DNA of 64,000 nucleotides from Geosiphon pyriformis uo1 (taxonomy: Eukaryota > Fungi > Glomeromycota). The position numbers and the translations under genes were made by a program. Location: positions 335,905-399,904 of the forward strand of contig JAAOMT010000572.1 in NCBI GenBank assembly GCA_016748015.1, read 5' to 3'. The notes under the pieces are model-generated. The model did no database searches. It saw nothing but the letters and a program-made list of their open reading frames with translations, and was not told the origin of the DNA. Below are positions 40,893 through 54,956 of the stretch, piece after piece (within the stretch, counting starts at the first letter, position 1; every line of letters starts with the position of its first letter).

Positions 40893-43060
40893 TTCAAACC
40901 TCCTATGAATCTTAACAAAATAGTAAATATTTCATTACCAATTCTTCTTTTAAAAATTTCCCTCCACCCCCCTCCCCTCCCCTCCCCTCCCCTCCCCTCC
41001 ACCCTTTTACAACTTTATTCAATTGCCATAAATTTTTATTGCATAAAATTTGAATACCATTAAATTCAATAAGAAATTTCCTAAACTACACAGATAATTT
41101 TTTATCCCTCGAAATAGAAGAATAATATTATGAATTTACCAAAAAAAAATATGTAGATATAAAATGATTAAAAAATATATAAACATGGCTTGACTCTATT
41201 AGAGCAACACTGATAAGTTCTGATTGGTATATGTGTGTGTGGATTGAATTTGATTTCAAAAGGATTGAAAAAAAGCAAAACATAATCTCACATCAATAGA
41301 GATCCTTGTTGCTTTAAAATCTGTGCATAAATTTAGACTGAGGCAGTGTTGAAGAATTTTTTCCTTTCAAAAAAAAAAAAATTCTTATATCACAATTTCC
41401 TTTTACGGAGCATATAATCGATAAAGAAGCATGTGAACATTTAAAAGTATGATTAGATCGACTTGGGAAATATCTAAAATTATCCAAAGAGCTAACTAAT
41501 TTTAAAATCCAATCGATTTGACTCGATGATGATTGATGATGCATTAAGAATCTCGTAAAATGGACTTTTGAGGAAATTTTTCTTTGTTCTTTTAAGGGGG
41601 GAGGCAAAGTACAGAATTTTCAAGGCTTTCCTAAATCTTTTTCCCCTGTTAAAAAAAATTATTTTTCTTTCAAAAATTTACCATTTCCTATGCAATTCAA
41701 GTTGTACAAAAGCATTTTTTGATTGATTAGTTGAAACCGTATGAATGTGGTCTGTGCATAGAAAGCAACTCAACAATAGAAATTTGTACAATATGGTTTT
41801 CGATGTATCTCATTAAACCTTTTCTTTTTTTTTTTTTTTTTTCAATAGATAATTTTTTTAAATGATAAAAGTGAAAACCTGTAGATTTTCATTTATGAAA
41901 TAGAGCTATTAGCCGTAGAAGGCTCATTTTTATACATGTTTTCGGAGAGAGAGTTTAAACTTGAGTTTTAAAAAAATCGGTAAATTTTTATTTCAACATA
42001 AACTTGTCAACTATGAGATATGGGGTCATTGTGAAAAAAATTTAACCTATTGATAATTATCATTTTTTTTTCTTTTTCTTTTTTTGCTTTAACAGGCAGT
42101 ATCAATATAAAAAGAAATTAAATTAAAGAAATGCTCGGAAATAAATATTAAGACCATTATTAAGGATAAATGAAATCTAGAAATATCATAATTATAAAAT
42201 TTCCCTTTGTGCAAGAGCGGAAAAATAGGCAGGGGGTCAAGTTATGTAAGAACAATGGGGCGTGACACAGACTAGAAATCATTTAATTTTGGTATAAAAA
42301 AGTTTCCGGATATATATATATATATATAAAATACATATGTGTACAATAAAAGGATCCGATTATTCAAATTTCCGAATGAAGTTAAATGGGTGCATATTCA
42401 TAGATTGACAAATCAAAAAACTCATATAATAAACTCATTTTATGATAATTGAAGAGAATTTAGGATATCAAAGAAAGAAAAATCTCATTTTCAATTTTAA
42501 AATTTTTAAGATAAAATTATGTGTTTATGTTAAAAATTACTCCTGCATATGCAACACAGTATAAAATTATATCTATGACCTAAAAAATTTAAAATGCAAT
42601 TCAAAAACGCCTGGTTGCTGGTTTAGATCATGAGGCAAAAAAACATTGTTAGTCAATGTATGATTTCATATTCGTATAAACTCTTTTTGGGTATAGCCTA
42701 ATGTCTGGGGTAGATTTTTCTTTATTTTAAATTGAACATGGGCTATTTAAAAGTATAAAGTAATTAAAAATTTTTTTCCGAAAGTATTTGATTTAGACAA
42801 ATGGTAAAGAATATTTACACCGTATCTTTGAAAGACAAACTCCTCACTTTAAGCACGTTTCTAAATATTATTGGTAATTTTCCTCGATATTAAAGAGTTT
42901 GAATATTTCTCAAATTGTCAATTAATTGAGAAAATCAGAAAGAAAAATTTTTATTTTAAAAATGAATCAACATTCATTTTGTCAGGGTCATTTTCAAATC
43001 TATACATATATAAGAACTTTTCCCCTAGCAAAGTATCAAGTTTTTAATAACACTTAAAAA

Positions 43061-43780
43061 ATGAGTTCCAAAGCACCTTCTTCCTTTACTGTACAACCGT
43101 CGTTACCAGAGGATTCTTTCCCGTCCCTTTCATTTTCCCCTCCTCGAAAAAGAAAGTATATACAATGGACTAATGATGTAAAAAAAATTAAAATTTTTCA
43201 AGAAAACTTGAAATTTCTCTCTTATATTTTATTTTATTATTTTATTTTATTTATCAGGAAGATCAAGCTCTCAAAACTCTGGTCCCAATGTATCCCAAAG
43301 AATATGCTAATATAGCAAAAAACTTTTTTCCTGGAAGGAGTGGTAAACAAATAAGGGATAGGTATTTTATGAAAATTTGTGTGTTTCTTTTGCTAAAAAA
43401 AAAATTTTAATGAAACTAGTTTGATTTACATTATATAAAGATGGACCTCCATTTCTGACCCAAAAAGTAAGCCATTATAAATAAGATTTTTAATTTTGTT
43501 TATGATTTATTTTATTAACCTTTTTTATGCAATCGAATATTTTGCTATCATTATTTTTTTCAATTTATCTTTTATAGTTGATAATTCCCCTCTCAAACCT
43601 GAAGAAAAATTCCGGATCCTTGAACTTTACAAGACACATGGATCCAAATGGACCACAATTTCTGAAGAATTGCCTGGGCGCTCTCCTTCAAAAGTGAAAG
43701 AATTTTACTATGGACATGCTCGAAAAAATCAAAAGAAGAAGCGGGATTCAAAAATGTCAGTAGAGTTCATTTTAAATTAA
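43061..43780 (+). CDS. Small R2R3-type Myb transcription factor, cluster copy 4 (4 exons)
   Basis: Exons 43061-43177, 43258-43361, 43441-43466, 43578-43780. Product ..PRKRKYIQWTND|EDQALKTLVPMYPKEYANIAKNFFPGRSGKQIRD|RWTSISDPK|IDNSPLKPEEKFRILELYKTHGSKWTTISEELPGRSPSKVKEFYYG..KMSVEFILN*. TATATAA at 43007-43013. Confidence 0.92.
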
Positions 43781-45249
43781 GGTTTGCTTGGTTCTTGAAA
43801 TTGTCATAACCTCCCCTTCCTACCCACAAATAATATAAATAAGTAATTTATTTCAATTGAGATTTAAATTTTATGATTTTTGAAAAAAAGTGTCACAAGT
43901 ACCAAACCTAAAGTAAACTAAATTAAGATCTATGTTTAAAATCCAAAAGATTTCCAATAAAAATGTACATATGCTTTAAGAATTATTTTGTAAACTGAAA
44001 AATACTGAATAAAAATAATAAAAAACTTTCACAAAATTTATAACTGTTTCTATTAAAATTCATTAAACAATAAAAATTTCTTAATAAATTTATATTAACA
44101 ATAAATAATATTTTGAGAACCAAATTCACATAATATATTTTTAACTTTTGAAATGGAATTTTTTGATGCGAAAATTTTTATACAAATTTCGAAAATTTTG
44201 GGAAAAAATAAGATTCTAAAACAGCATGGTGAAAATCTTGCTGAAATTTTTCGGCTATAAAGCGGTATTATGAACCTAAATTTAACTCTTCAACTCCCGA
44301 ATCAGTTGCTATTACCAGTTAAAAACCTAACACACACAATTACTACCATAAATGACAACCAATATCGCGATTGCAATTGCGAATCTTTTGATTGCAGGTA
44401 TTTTTACCAAATCAGAGCTCAGACTTTTCATGATTGAATTTCTTGTCATGGATATTTAACTTTCATTTAGTGTTGTCCCTTTGGTCCGAAATAATTTAAA
44501 AAGTTCAGTTCCTGAGATTCTTTTACGAGATTTGAACTCAACGCTCTCAATTCTAATAATCCACCAATTTTAATTTTTTTAAGAAGGAAAAAAACCCACC
44601 CTATACTAATGATCGAACTACAAAATTTATTTTTCAAAATTTATTCTTTGATAAAAATATAAAATTTATCATAACGAACTGAAAAAAAAAAGATATTGGA
44701 GTTTTTTATTGCATTAACAAAGTTTATTGATAAAAATCTATCAAATATATTTCAGTTTCTTTCTTTTAGTTTTTTCGTAATTATTGATTTTTATTTGTGA
44801 ACACTATTCAAGAAATATCAAATACATTGTATTATTTTAAAAAAATTTCTGATTTATTTTGTTTTCTTGTCAAATTTTTTATCTTAATTAAAATAACTTG
44901 ATTATTATCAAAGTTTGAAAAAAAAAAGTTTTTTCGAAACAATTTGTAATTTTTAACACTATGTTTATTAAAGTTAATCTTTTTAATAATACTTAAAAAT
45001 CAAATATTTAATACTTTTTATTTTTAAATAAAATAAAAATTGATTAATATTAATAATAATTAAATTATTATAAAGTTTGTAAATCCATTTAAAAATTTAA
45101 ATAATTTAAATAAAAAATAATAACATTAAAATAATAATTATTAATATTAAAAATTTTTTAAAAATAATAATTATTATTAACAACAATTTTAATTATTTGT
45201 AATTTTTATTTAAAATTTTAATTAAAAATGAAATTGTACTATAACAAAT

Positions 45250-48200
45250 AAACATTAAAAAATATTGTATTGACATAATTTGAAATTGCAACCATATAAT
45301 AAATAACCATCATATTGGTGACAACTTATTAGAATGCCGTTTTTAATTTCACTCTAAAAAAATGCATTATAGCACTTTAAAATATCAAAATTCTAAGTAT
45401 TATAATTTGAAAATATATAAGTTATGTTATTCGAATTTTGTACTTAATCTATATAAAATAATAATTTGATTACATAAAATTGTTGGTTCTTAAATTTTTT
45501 GTATTATAAATGTTTTTATGAAAATTTTTTAATTTCTAATAGCAATATAAACTTTAAATAAATTTAATAAAAGTTTTTTTAAAAATATTACTTATTTCTT
45601 GTTTATATTATTTTAGAATATCTAATATATTTTATTAAATAAAAAAACAACTTTTTTTAATATTCAACTTGGTTTTTTGATAAGAATTTATTTAAATAAA
45701 ATTAATTTTAACATTAAATACTAAAAAATTATTGCTATAAATAGAGAAAAATTACAAGGATTTTCGTTTATTTTAAACTATTCTAAAACACTCTTAGTAA
45801 TCTTACTAATTCAGTTAAAAAGTAATTTAAACCTTGCTTTTAAATATAAAAAAAAAACTAACTGGATCTGTTTCTAGTTTTTTAAGTAAATTAACACTAA
45901 TCGTAGATTAAATTTTTTATTTAATTCTCATTTTTTTATTTGAATTCTTAGCTATCTTGCCAATCTATTTTATTATTTACTATATTCTTAAAAGCAATTA
46001 ATTTTGCTTAAATTGTTAAAATACTTTAAGTTGTTTAACGAAAAAATATTTAGCTAAAAAAGGCTTTTATATATTTACAATATGCTTAAGTTATCTTATC
46101 TCAAATTATTACTTTCAAATTTAAAACTAGTCTATCTAAAAAGTTTAAAAATATTTATTCTAAATTTAAACCAAATTTAACTTATTAAATATTTTACTTT
46201 TTTTATTACCCAAACAATGCCAATTAAGTTGGAATTTTTAGTATACTGCTTAAAAAAATAGCTTTTATTTGGTTTGTATTATTAATTAAAAAAGATTTTC
46301 TTATTTTAAGACTTAAAAAATTTTTAAAATCTAAACCAATATTTAGAAATATAAATAAAACTTGAATTATGACAGTTTATATGTATTATTAACTGAAAAA
46401 AAAGCTTAATTTAATTAATTTTGTTTTGATTTGTATAATAATATTTAAAATTTATTGTTAATCTTAATTGATGTTAATATACTTAATAAGCTATTAAAAA
46501 TGTAGTTTGTTGTAACAATTAACTTTAATAATATCATAAAAAATAGTGTTTTTAAGTTATATTAGTAATTCCGTTTTTGTTTAATCTTTTAAGCTCAATT
46601 AGTTATTAGCTTTATTTTAGAATAACTTAATACATATTAATGCAATTTGTTATAAGTCTTTTACAAAAGTAGAAAAGTTTTGTTATTAAAGTATTAAATT
46701 TTGTTTCTATTGTAAAAAACCTAGCTATATTGTTTGTTAATATTTTGTAAAAATAACCGAGTATTAACAAAAATTAATATTTTTAATATTATTAATTACT
46801 TATATTATTTTATTATTCTTAATCGCAATTATATATTTTATTAATATATTTGTAATTAATAATAATTGCTAATTTAGTTGAGACTTTAATTATTTTACAA
46901 ATAAGTTCTAGCTCATTTAAGTCTTATATTTTATAAAACATTAATATGAAAAAAAGAGTTAAAGTTTTCTAATAACTGCAAGTTGTCAATATATTTGACA
47001 AAATATAAGCTAATTTATTTCTGAAACATTGTTTATATAATTGGTTTATAACTCGGTAAAAAAAATATATTTTTGTTTAGACCAATCTATAATTTTTTTG
47101 AAAATATCTAAAAAAAATTAAAAAAAATCTATTGGTATTCCAAATTTTCAGCAAATGTTTTAATACTCTTTGTTAAGAAAAAAATAATTCTTCAAGTTTT
47201 GTGTTGATTACCAAAGTTGTAATCAAATTACAATTAAAGATTTAATTATGTCTTTTGAATTTATAAATGTCTACTATTTTTCAATATTTGATAAATAATA
47301 TTTTTAAAGATTACTTAGATTAATTTGTTGCGCAATATTTTAATAATATTTTTATCTATTTAAAAAATCAAAAAAACATAAAGAGCATATATATTTGGTT
47401 TTAAAACAGTTATAACAATATAAGTTGTATACTAAACTTAAAAAATATGAATTTAATTAATCTCAAATTGAATTTATTAAATGTATTATTTCTTTTAAAA
47501 GCATCTTAATAAATTACAAGAAGATTTAGACAATTTTGAATTGAATAAAATTTTGTTTTGTAAAGTATATTTAAAACTTCCCGGAATTTACTAATTTTAT
47601 TGGTAATTCATTAAGAATTATTTAAATGTGACTGCATTATTATCACTTTAACAAGAAAAAAAACTGTTTATATGAACTTCTTAAACTGATAATATATTTA
47701 GGGTTTTAAAATAACTTTTTATTTTTGTTCTTATATTAATTTATGCTAAGTTTGCTAATTTTATATTGTTAAACCTAATGTTATAGATTTTATTGTTGAA
47801 GTTATTTTTAACAGCCAAGATTAAATAACTGGTTATATCTTATGGCTTTTTATTTATATAAAATTTTCATCCAAAAAATCAATTATAAGATTTATAATAA
47901 AAAGATTTTAGTAATTATTGTGATTATAAAAATCTTTAGTATTTTATAACAATATAAATACTAAACTGGCATTAAGCTCAATAATTAATTTTTTACGAAT
48001 CTGATTTATTGCAAATCGAAGCAAATGTTTTTTATGTTATTTAAAAGCGAACTTAAAAATAATAAAATTTATAGTTAATCTAAAATTAATTTGTTTAAAA
48101 CTAATTATTTTGGAATTGCAACTTTTTTTATATGTATAAATGCAAAGCTTTTTAAAACGATTATTGATGCTTATACTTAAGAAATTATTAATAATCTTTT

Positions 48201-49700
48201 AAATTTCAATTTTTAACTATAAAATATAGGAATATTAATAAAATTCTATTTTATAATAACCAAATTTATGTTTAGAAAATTCAGGATTTTTACAAGTCTT
48301 AAAAAAGACATATTAATTTACTTATGAAACATTTTGAAATTGGTAAAACTTTTGAATTGGTTGCTAAAATATTTTGGTAACTATAACAAGAAATGTTTTT
48401 TAAAAATTATGTAAAATTATATAATATTTGTTTTTGTTCAAAGTTTTTTGTTATTAGTCTTTTAATCTATTAAAACTTTTAACTATTCTAAACATTCTTA
48501 GAAATTAATTTTTATAGACTTTATAATAATTTTACTAATAATAATAATAAAAATTCAGCCTCTGTAATAATAAATTACTTAATCGAATTCAAAAACTATA
48601 ATATAAGAAGAAATAATTCAATTGATTTTTTAAAATTGTTATCAAACAGTTTTTTAAACAAAGTTATCAGATTATAGTTTTTAATTTGTATTTTAATTTT
48701 GAAAATATGTTTTTATTTTTAGTATTCTATTCTTAATCAATAGTCAGATTGAACATTTTAATTCAATTTTAGAGCAGTATTTGCAATATTTTATGAATTA
48801 TCAGCAATATAACTGGATTAATCTATTACTATTGGCAAAATTTATATACAATAATATTATTTATTAATAATTATAGGTAGAATTTTGAATTTAATATTGT
48901 TATAATTAAAAAGTCAGTAAATTCTATTGCTAAAAAATATGTTGTTAAATTTAAGAAAATTCCAAAAAAATTGACTTTTAAACTTAAAAATATATTAATA
49001 AATACAAAAAAAACAGATAAATAGCATCAAAAAACACTTATACTTAGAATAAGTAACAAAATTTAGCTTTTAAAATGCAACATTAAAACATTTCAGCTTT
49101 ATAACAAGCTAAATTATAAAAAGCTTGGACTGTTCAAAAAAATTTTTAGATTAATTTTGTAATTTATGAGTTAAAACTGCTAATATATTTTAGAATCTAT
49201 AATGTTTTTCATGTTTTTTACTTTTTTTAATCGGATAAAAAAACCAGATAATATTGGGTTTGAAATTAATAAAATTTTCAATTTTAAGATTGTTGGAAAA
49301 TAAATAAGATATTTAGTTTCTTAGAAGAAATATATTATTTTAAAAGTTACTTGGAAATTTACAAAACATATAATGAATACATTTTAATTAATCCAAGTAT
49401 TTTATGTTTAATATCCAAATAAACTTATTTCAATTAAAGAATATTGTTCAAAAAAAAGATAATGTTATAAATAAAGAACAAATACAAGAATTCTGGATTA
49501 TTTTGGATTATTCTTAGTTAGCTTACTAATTTAATTAATAAGCAATCTGAGATTTGTTTTTGAATATAAAGAAAAGCAAACAGATCAATTCTTAATTTCT
49601 TAAGTAAATTAATATCAATTATGAATTAAATATTTTGTTTAATTTTTATTTTGATATTTAACTTTTCAGTTATTTTGCTAATCTTTATAATCATAACAAT
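45250..49700 (-). mobile_element. Heavily decayed repeat/element of uncertain class
   Basis: A 4.5-kb CpG-poor block with no ORF of 60 aa or more, but protein-like stop-riddled minus-strand translations (e.g. KTCKNPEFSKHKFGYYKIEFI near 48240-48300). Class, strand and boundaries uncertain. Confidence 0.4.
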
Positions 49701-50449
49701 TATTAATTAATTAATTAATTAATTAAAAATAAAAATTCAGAAATACAGTTTTTAAAATTTATTATAACCAATAAAAAACAAAGCAATAAAAATTTAAAAA
49801 TATATTGAATTTGATTTTTATTTAATAAATAAATTAAAAAAAAATTGATTTATTATTTTTAATAAAGTAATTAAATGAATTGTTAACTTAATTATTAATT
49901 TGGTTGTTAATTTTTTTAAATATAAATATAAATAATTGTGATTTGAAATTAATTTTCTTAAGACTGATTTTTTTAGTATATTATAAACAGTACTTTTTTA
50001 GACAAATCTGTACAAATCAATTTTTTAAAATAATAAATAAATTTATAAGTTTTGTCTCTTAATTTGTATATTCCTTACAAAATTCAACATTTTTTATTTT
50101 TTAGTGATTTTTTATAATTCCAAAATATGTAATATTTTAAACCAGTAAATTTTTAATATATTAATGGTTTAAAATGCTCTTTTAAGATTTAGAAATACAT
50201 TTTTAAAATCCTTCTTTTTAGAAGCGGAATTGCAAGAGCAAACTTGAACTAAAATAATTTTAGTCAGTTGTCAATAAATAATTTCGCAAGTCGAATTTGA
50301 AAATTTTGAAATTTTGAAATTATTTATATATAAGAAGCAAATTGGAAATATTTCAATTATCTGGTTAAAATATGAATATAAATCTTAACATAATATATAT
50401 TTCTTAATCATAAAGTTAGATAAAGTGTAAAGAAATCAATTGTGAAAAA

Positions 50450-51778
50450 CTAGTTGAAATCAATTAACGGGTCAAATTCCACAACCAATTTGTTTGTTTT
50501 CCACTGTTCGAGATCTGCGATAAGGGATTCCCATTCTTTTTCATTCCTTACTGATAAGACTACATTCTCTGGACCACGACACAAGAGATATTCGGTATTG
50601 AATTGAAAACGATTTTTAATCACAGAGAGAAACTCGGAAAGAGTGGAAGATTTTTCATAAAAAAATTGATGCTTCCCCGTGGGAAACTTCAACGATACAA
50701 AGATCTATTAGATAGTAATTGACGAATTTATTCATTTTAAATGAGTTGATATTTTGTATAAAGCCAAATATTCAGAAATTAGAACTTACCTGATCGATTT
50801 CGAAATTTCCACATTCCAATTCCTTTACTACTGATGCAGTTTGTACTGCTGTCTTTTCAGATTCTAAAAATTTAGGCTTAACCTTCTCGATATAATTCAA
50901 TTTTCCCTTCCCTTTATCGTGAATTTCATTGGGTATTACAGGCCTCCAATTGGTTAAAGTTTTCGAATCTGAGTGAGATTTTTGGTGGTGTTGGGGTGGA
51001 TTTTTGAATGATTTTGGATTGACCTTTTTTTTTTAATAAAATTTTCAACATGAGAAGGCAGTTTTTTTCAAGATCCAAATTATTTTTAAAGATTTCAAAG
51101 AATAATCGTTCCAACCTTTAGCAACTTTGGTCTTAAGGATTCAAAAATACACCTTAATTCCCACAATACGCTCGGATCAACGGTTTTAGTTGGAGTAAAT
51201 AATATGGAGGAAGCATTCTTTAATTTCCCATTGAGAGGGTCTAATTCAAGTGGGTAATGTTGGGTACAGCGTCCAGATGGATGTTGAAGGTACTGCTCAA
51301 AATATTTTAACAATAGAATTCGAATAAAGTACAATTTCAATCAAAGAAAAAAACTTACATGTTTATCGAAATTGGGTTTCACTTGGACGGCGAGTTCACG
51401 GAAACTGGTGACCCATATTTTCAAAATTTCACTTATAGGAATTACAAATTCTTGCAATTGGTTAATACAAATAGAGAGACATCTTTCGTTAGGCCGAAAA
51501 GAAAAAACAATCACAGAATTGGGACCAGAAGAGACCCATTTCTTGGTTGGAATGGCGTAAAAATGAGAGATTGAAAAATTAATCCAGCGGCTGGCAGCTT
51601 GGTTAGACCTATCTAATTTTAAAGCTTTCGGTGGGGTGAAATGGATAAAAAACTTATAGAAATTTAAGAAAATTCTCATAAAATTTCAAATTTCAAACCC
51701 AAATCCCATGAGCTTACCACTCAAATTCCCTTTCTCACGAGTATTAAATCTTTTGGTTTGACCATAATTTTGGGACAT
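50450..51778 (-). CDS. PH-like + C-terminal PB1-like domain protein, copy A (5' end uncertain)
   Basis: Exons 51778-51718 (open to an acceptor at 51819), 51624-51359, 51292-51116, 51023-50790, 50704-50450 join in phase. Last exon IFVSLKFPTGKHQFFYEKSSTLSEFLSVIKNRFQF..VLSVRNEKEWESLI..KLVVEF has a beta-grasp/PB1 pattern. Confidence 0.72.
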
Positions 51779-54276
51779 GAGTTCTTTGGGTTGACGGAAT
51801 TTATGTCGTATCAAAAACCCTGTTTAAAAATAGGATCTATTAAATACTATTTTATGAAGTGATATTCCAGTCAATTGGTTTTTCGGTTTCTCGCATAAAG
51901 GCTGCCAGCAAAGTTTTCTATTTGAAGCTTTCTTCACATGTGCCATCACCATGTAGGAGGCTTTTTCCCGCATGAAAACTATCTTCAAATTGCATATTTT
52001 TTTAAACCAAATTAACACATTTATCAAGCGAGGTTTGATGAAGAATGGATTGTGATGATGCTTAGAATTCCTGCTTGCATGTGTTAATTTTTAACGGTTA
52101 TTTGATTGACTTTTTGATTCACCTTTTAGAGCATTTAGTGAAATTGGTTCAAGGCTAGTTTCAATACGCCGAAGAGACCATTGCATGAGACAGCAAATGA
52201 ATTAATCAAATCTTACCTTTTAACAATATCCTAGATCTTTAAATTTAAAATACTCCAAAAAAATGATTGATCGCTATTTTTGCTTTTGCCTTTTTATAAA
52301 CAATGAAATATCCTTTCCAATAATGAGGGCTGTGGCAGGAATGCATGAGTTTAACCAGATATTTTTGTTACACAACCTTGTCACCAGTATTGAGATCTAG
52401 TTTATAATAAGTTAATAAATAAATGAACACGTGATATTTTTCCGTTTCCTTTTTTTGAAAATTTACTAAATTCTGTAGCACATTAATTTCGCTATTCATT
52501 TAAGAAATTAATCAGTTTATTTGTTCTTTCATTTAACACATATTCAAAAAATCTCTTTTAGTCATTTTCTACGTGACTTCTATCTTGATTTTTGGCTCTG
52601 TCAATAGAAATTAATACATGTATAAATTTCTGTGTTCCTCGAAATAGCGACAAGCTTAAAGCCCTGAAGTAACCTGAAAAACAAGTTCTTGTGAAACTAA
52701 TGGTTAATCTCAAAGAATATCTAGGGTAAAATTAATGACAACAATTAATTCTCGTTTCCTTTTAAGAATTTTAAATGATGAGCTCGAAGTATTTCAGGTT
52801 AGTCTAGCTAATAAATATAATCAAATATAATAATTTTGATTTCTTCAATAATAAGAGAAGTTTTAATTATCTTTAAAATAAATTTAAAAGATTTTTAAAA
52901 GAATTATATATTAATTAATTTAATCTGATTTTTAATAAAAACAAAAAGGTTCGCTTAAGTATGTTAATTTCGCTCTTTTTCTTGTATTAACATGATTCAT
53001 ATTTTAAATTTTACCTAATTTTTATCAATAAAAGCATAGGAAAATCTAAATTCTGTCTAACACATTTTAATTTTAGGAAACTATGTTCACACTTTTCAAT
53101 GCCAAAATTAAAATTCTTGCAAGAGTTTCTTTAACTTCAGAAATTATTCAATTTTTTGAAATATTCATCATCTGAATCTACATCTTAATTATTATTTTGA
53201 ACAAAATTTCATAACAAACTCGGATCTGCTAGACTCGCAAATTTTATTCTTATTTCGAAATTAGGGGGGGGGGGGGTGGGGTATGTTAAATTTATGCAAA
53301 GAATTATGAGAGATCAAAAAAAAAATTTCTATTTTATATCTAATATTTGGGAGACCTATTTTTAGGTTTTTTAATCAGCAAAAGTTATTAGAGAAAGCTA
53401 AATAAGATTTTCAATAGTTCTAAACCGAAAATTAGATAAAGTTTTTCTTGACAAGGATAAAAACGCTTTTTTGATTAAGGGCAATCATTGAAATTAATTA
53501 AGCTAAAAAATTTTGAAAAAAATATTTTTTTCACAAACAAAAATATTTTTTAAACCAACTTTCAAGTATCGAGAATTATTTTCCAACAAAGACCTCTTTT
53601 TGGGAATTTCCTGCTTTACCAATCGAGTAATTCTTTGCGGGGGTGCATGGGGCATCATCGGAGAAATACTTCAGAATTGAGGAGCAATTGGAAATCTATA
53701 AAGTGATTTACAATATTGATCATGTTTTTTTTCAGGTGAAGCGATCAAATATTTTTTCGATCCTAGGATTGAAATTTCCGCAAAGAGAAACCTTATCTTG
53801 AATGAAAGATAAACAAATTTTAGAGGGTCAACTTAGGCAAGGATTTCTCCTTATCAATAAAATGATTTGACTTCATTGGGAAATGAACGACCGGCGGAAC
53901 ATTTTGATAATTCTACCATGAAAATTTACTCTCGTCATCTTTCTGAATCAGTAATTTTCTGATGATTGAGCAGGTTTATCAAAGTTGATAAGGAATTTTT
54001 GATTCATTCATCGAATCAGCTCTTTATAATATGTGAGCGATCGGGATTGGCGAAGATGAACAATATCTTTTGGTAATTGAAAAAGATCAAGGAAACTAGT
54101 AATTCAATATATCTTTCTCACGAAATTTAAGGCTTAATTTCCAAAAAAAAAATTGATAATTGATTTTACAGAATTATTCTCAAATGAAGAAAATATTTGA
54201 AGATTACAGATTATATACAATAAACAAAACTGTTTGGTCATAAGGCTGGGAAAAGGTTGATTCATGCTCGACGCCA

Positions 54277-54956
54277 TCATGATTTGTAATTCTTTGTGAG
54301 TAGGAAATCTAAGGACATTTTTTCGCGGATGCGATAAGAAGCTTGCCGTTTTCTGCTGTACCAATAATTTCGTATCATTAAAGGCGTTCGGCCTTTCACA
54401 GGTAAGGAATTTGCAATCAAGGCCCACTTGTGGCCAATAGTACGGCATTTTTCAGCAATGATAAATTTCTCCGTATTGCTTAATGGCGAACGATTTACTG
54501 AATTTCCAAAAAAGTTAATCATTCATTCAGATGATCTAGTGTCATAACTCTAAATTAAGTTGACAATGATGCTCATTTTGAACTTACTATTGGTATCTAA
54601 ATGATGAACCCATCTGTCAAAAATATAGGTTCAAAAGTAAAGGAAAGTATTTGTGAGGAATTTTTTTCGATTTTAAAATAGCTGCTTTACAAAATTTTTT
54701 TTACCTATCACGAATTTGTTTATGAGTACGAGAACCATTCATTTCACGTGATATGATATGCCATCTTCCGTTGTACATTGAGAAAAGACGACGAAGCTCT
54801 TGGTCTTCCTGAAATTAGAGAGAAAAATATTTCATTAAAAAAAAAGGTTGAGGTTTTGACTGAAGCTCATAAATGAAACTTTAGAAAATTTCTCATATTA
54901 AATACCTGCGTGGTCCAAGAACCAGTGTTATTTTTTACCTCTGGCCGTTTTTTCAT
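54277..54956 (-). CDS. Small R2R3-type Myb transcription factor, cluster copy 5 (4 exons; alternative in-frame ATG at 55052)
   Basis: Exons 54956-54906, 54808-54705, 54613-54588, 54497-54277. Product MKKRPEVKNNTGSWTTQ|EDQELRRLFSMYNGRWHIISREMNGSRTHKQIRD|RWVHHLDTN|INRSPLSNTEKFII..GHKWALIANSLPVKGRTPLMIRNYWYS..KMSLDFLLTKNYKS*. Confidence 0.92.

Noticed and set aside
51824-52220. Possible extra 5' exons of PH-PB1 copy A
   Set aside because: Splice-like signals exist, but I could not build an open in-phase chain; left as an uncertain 5' end.
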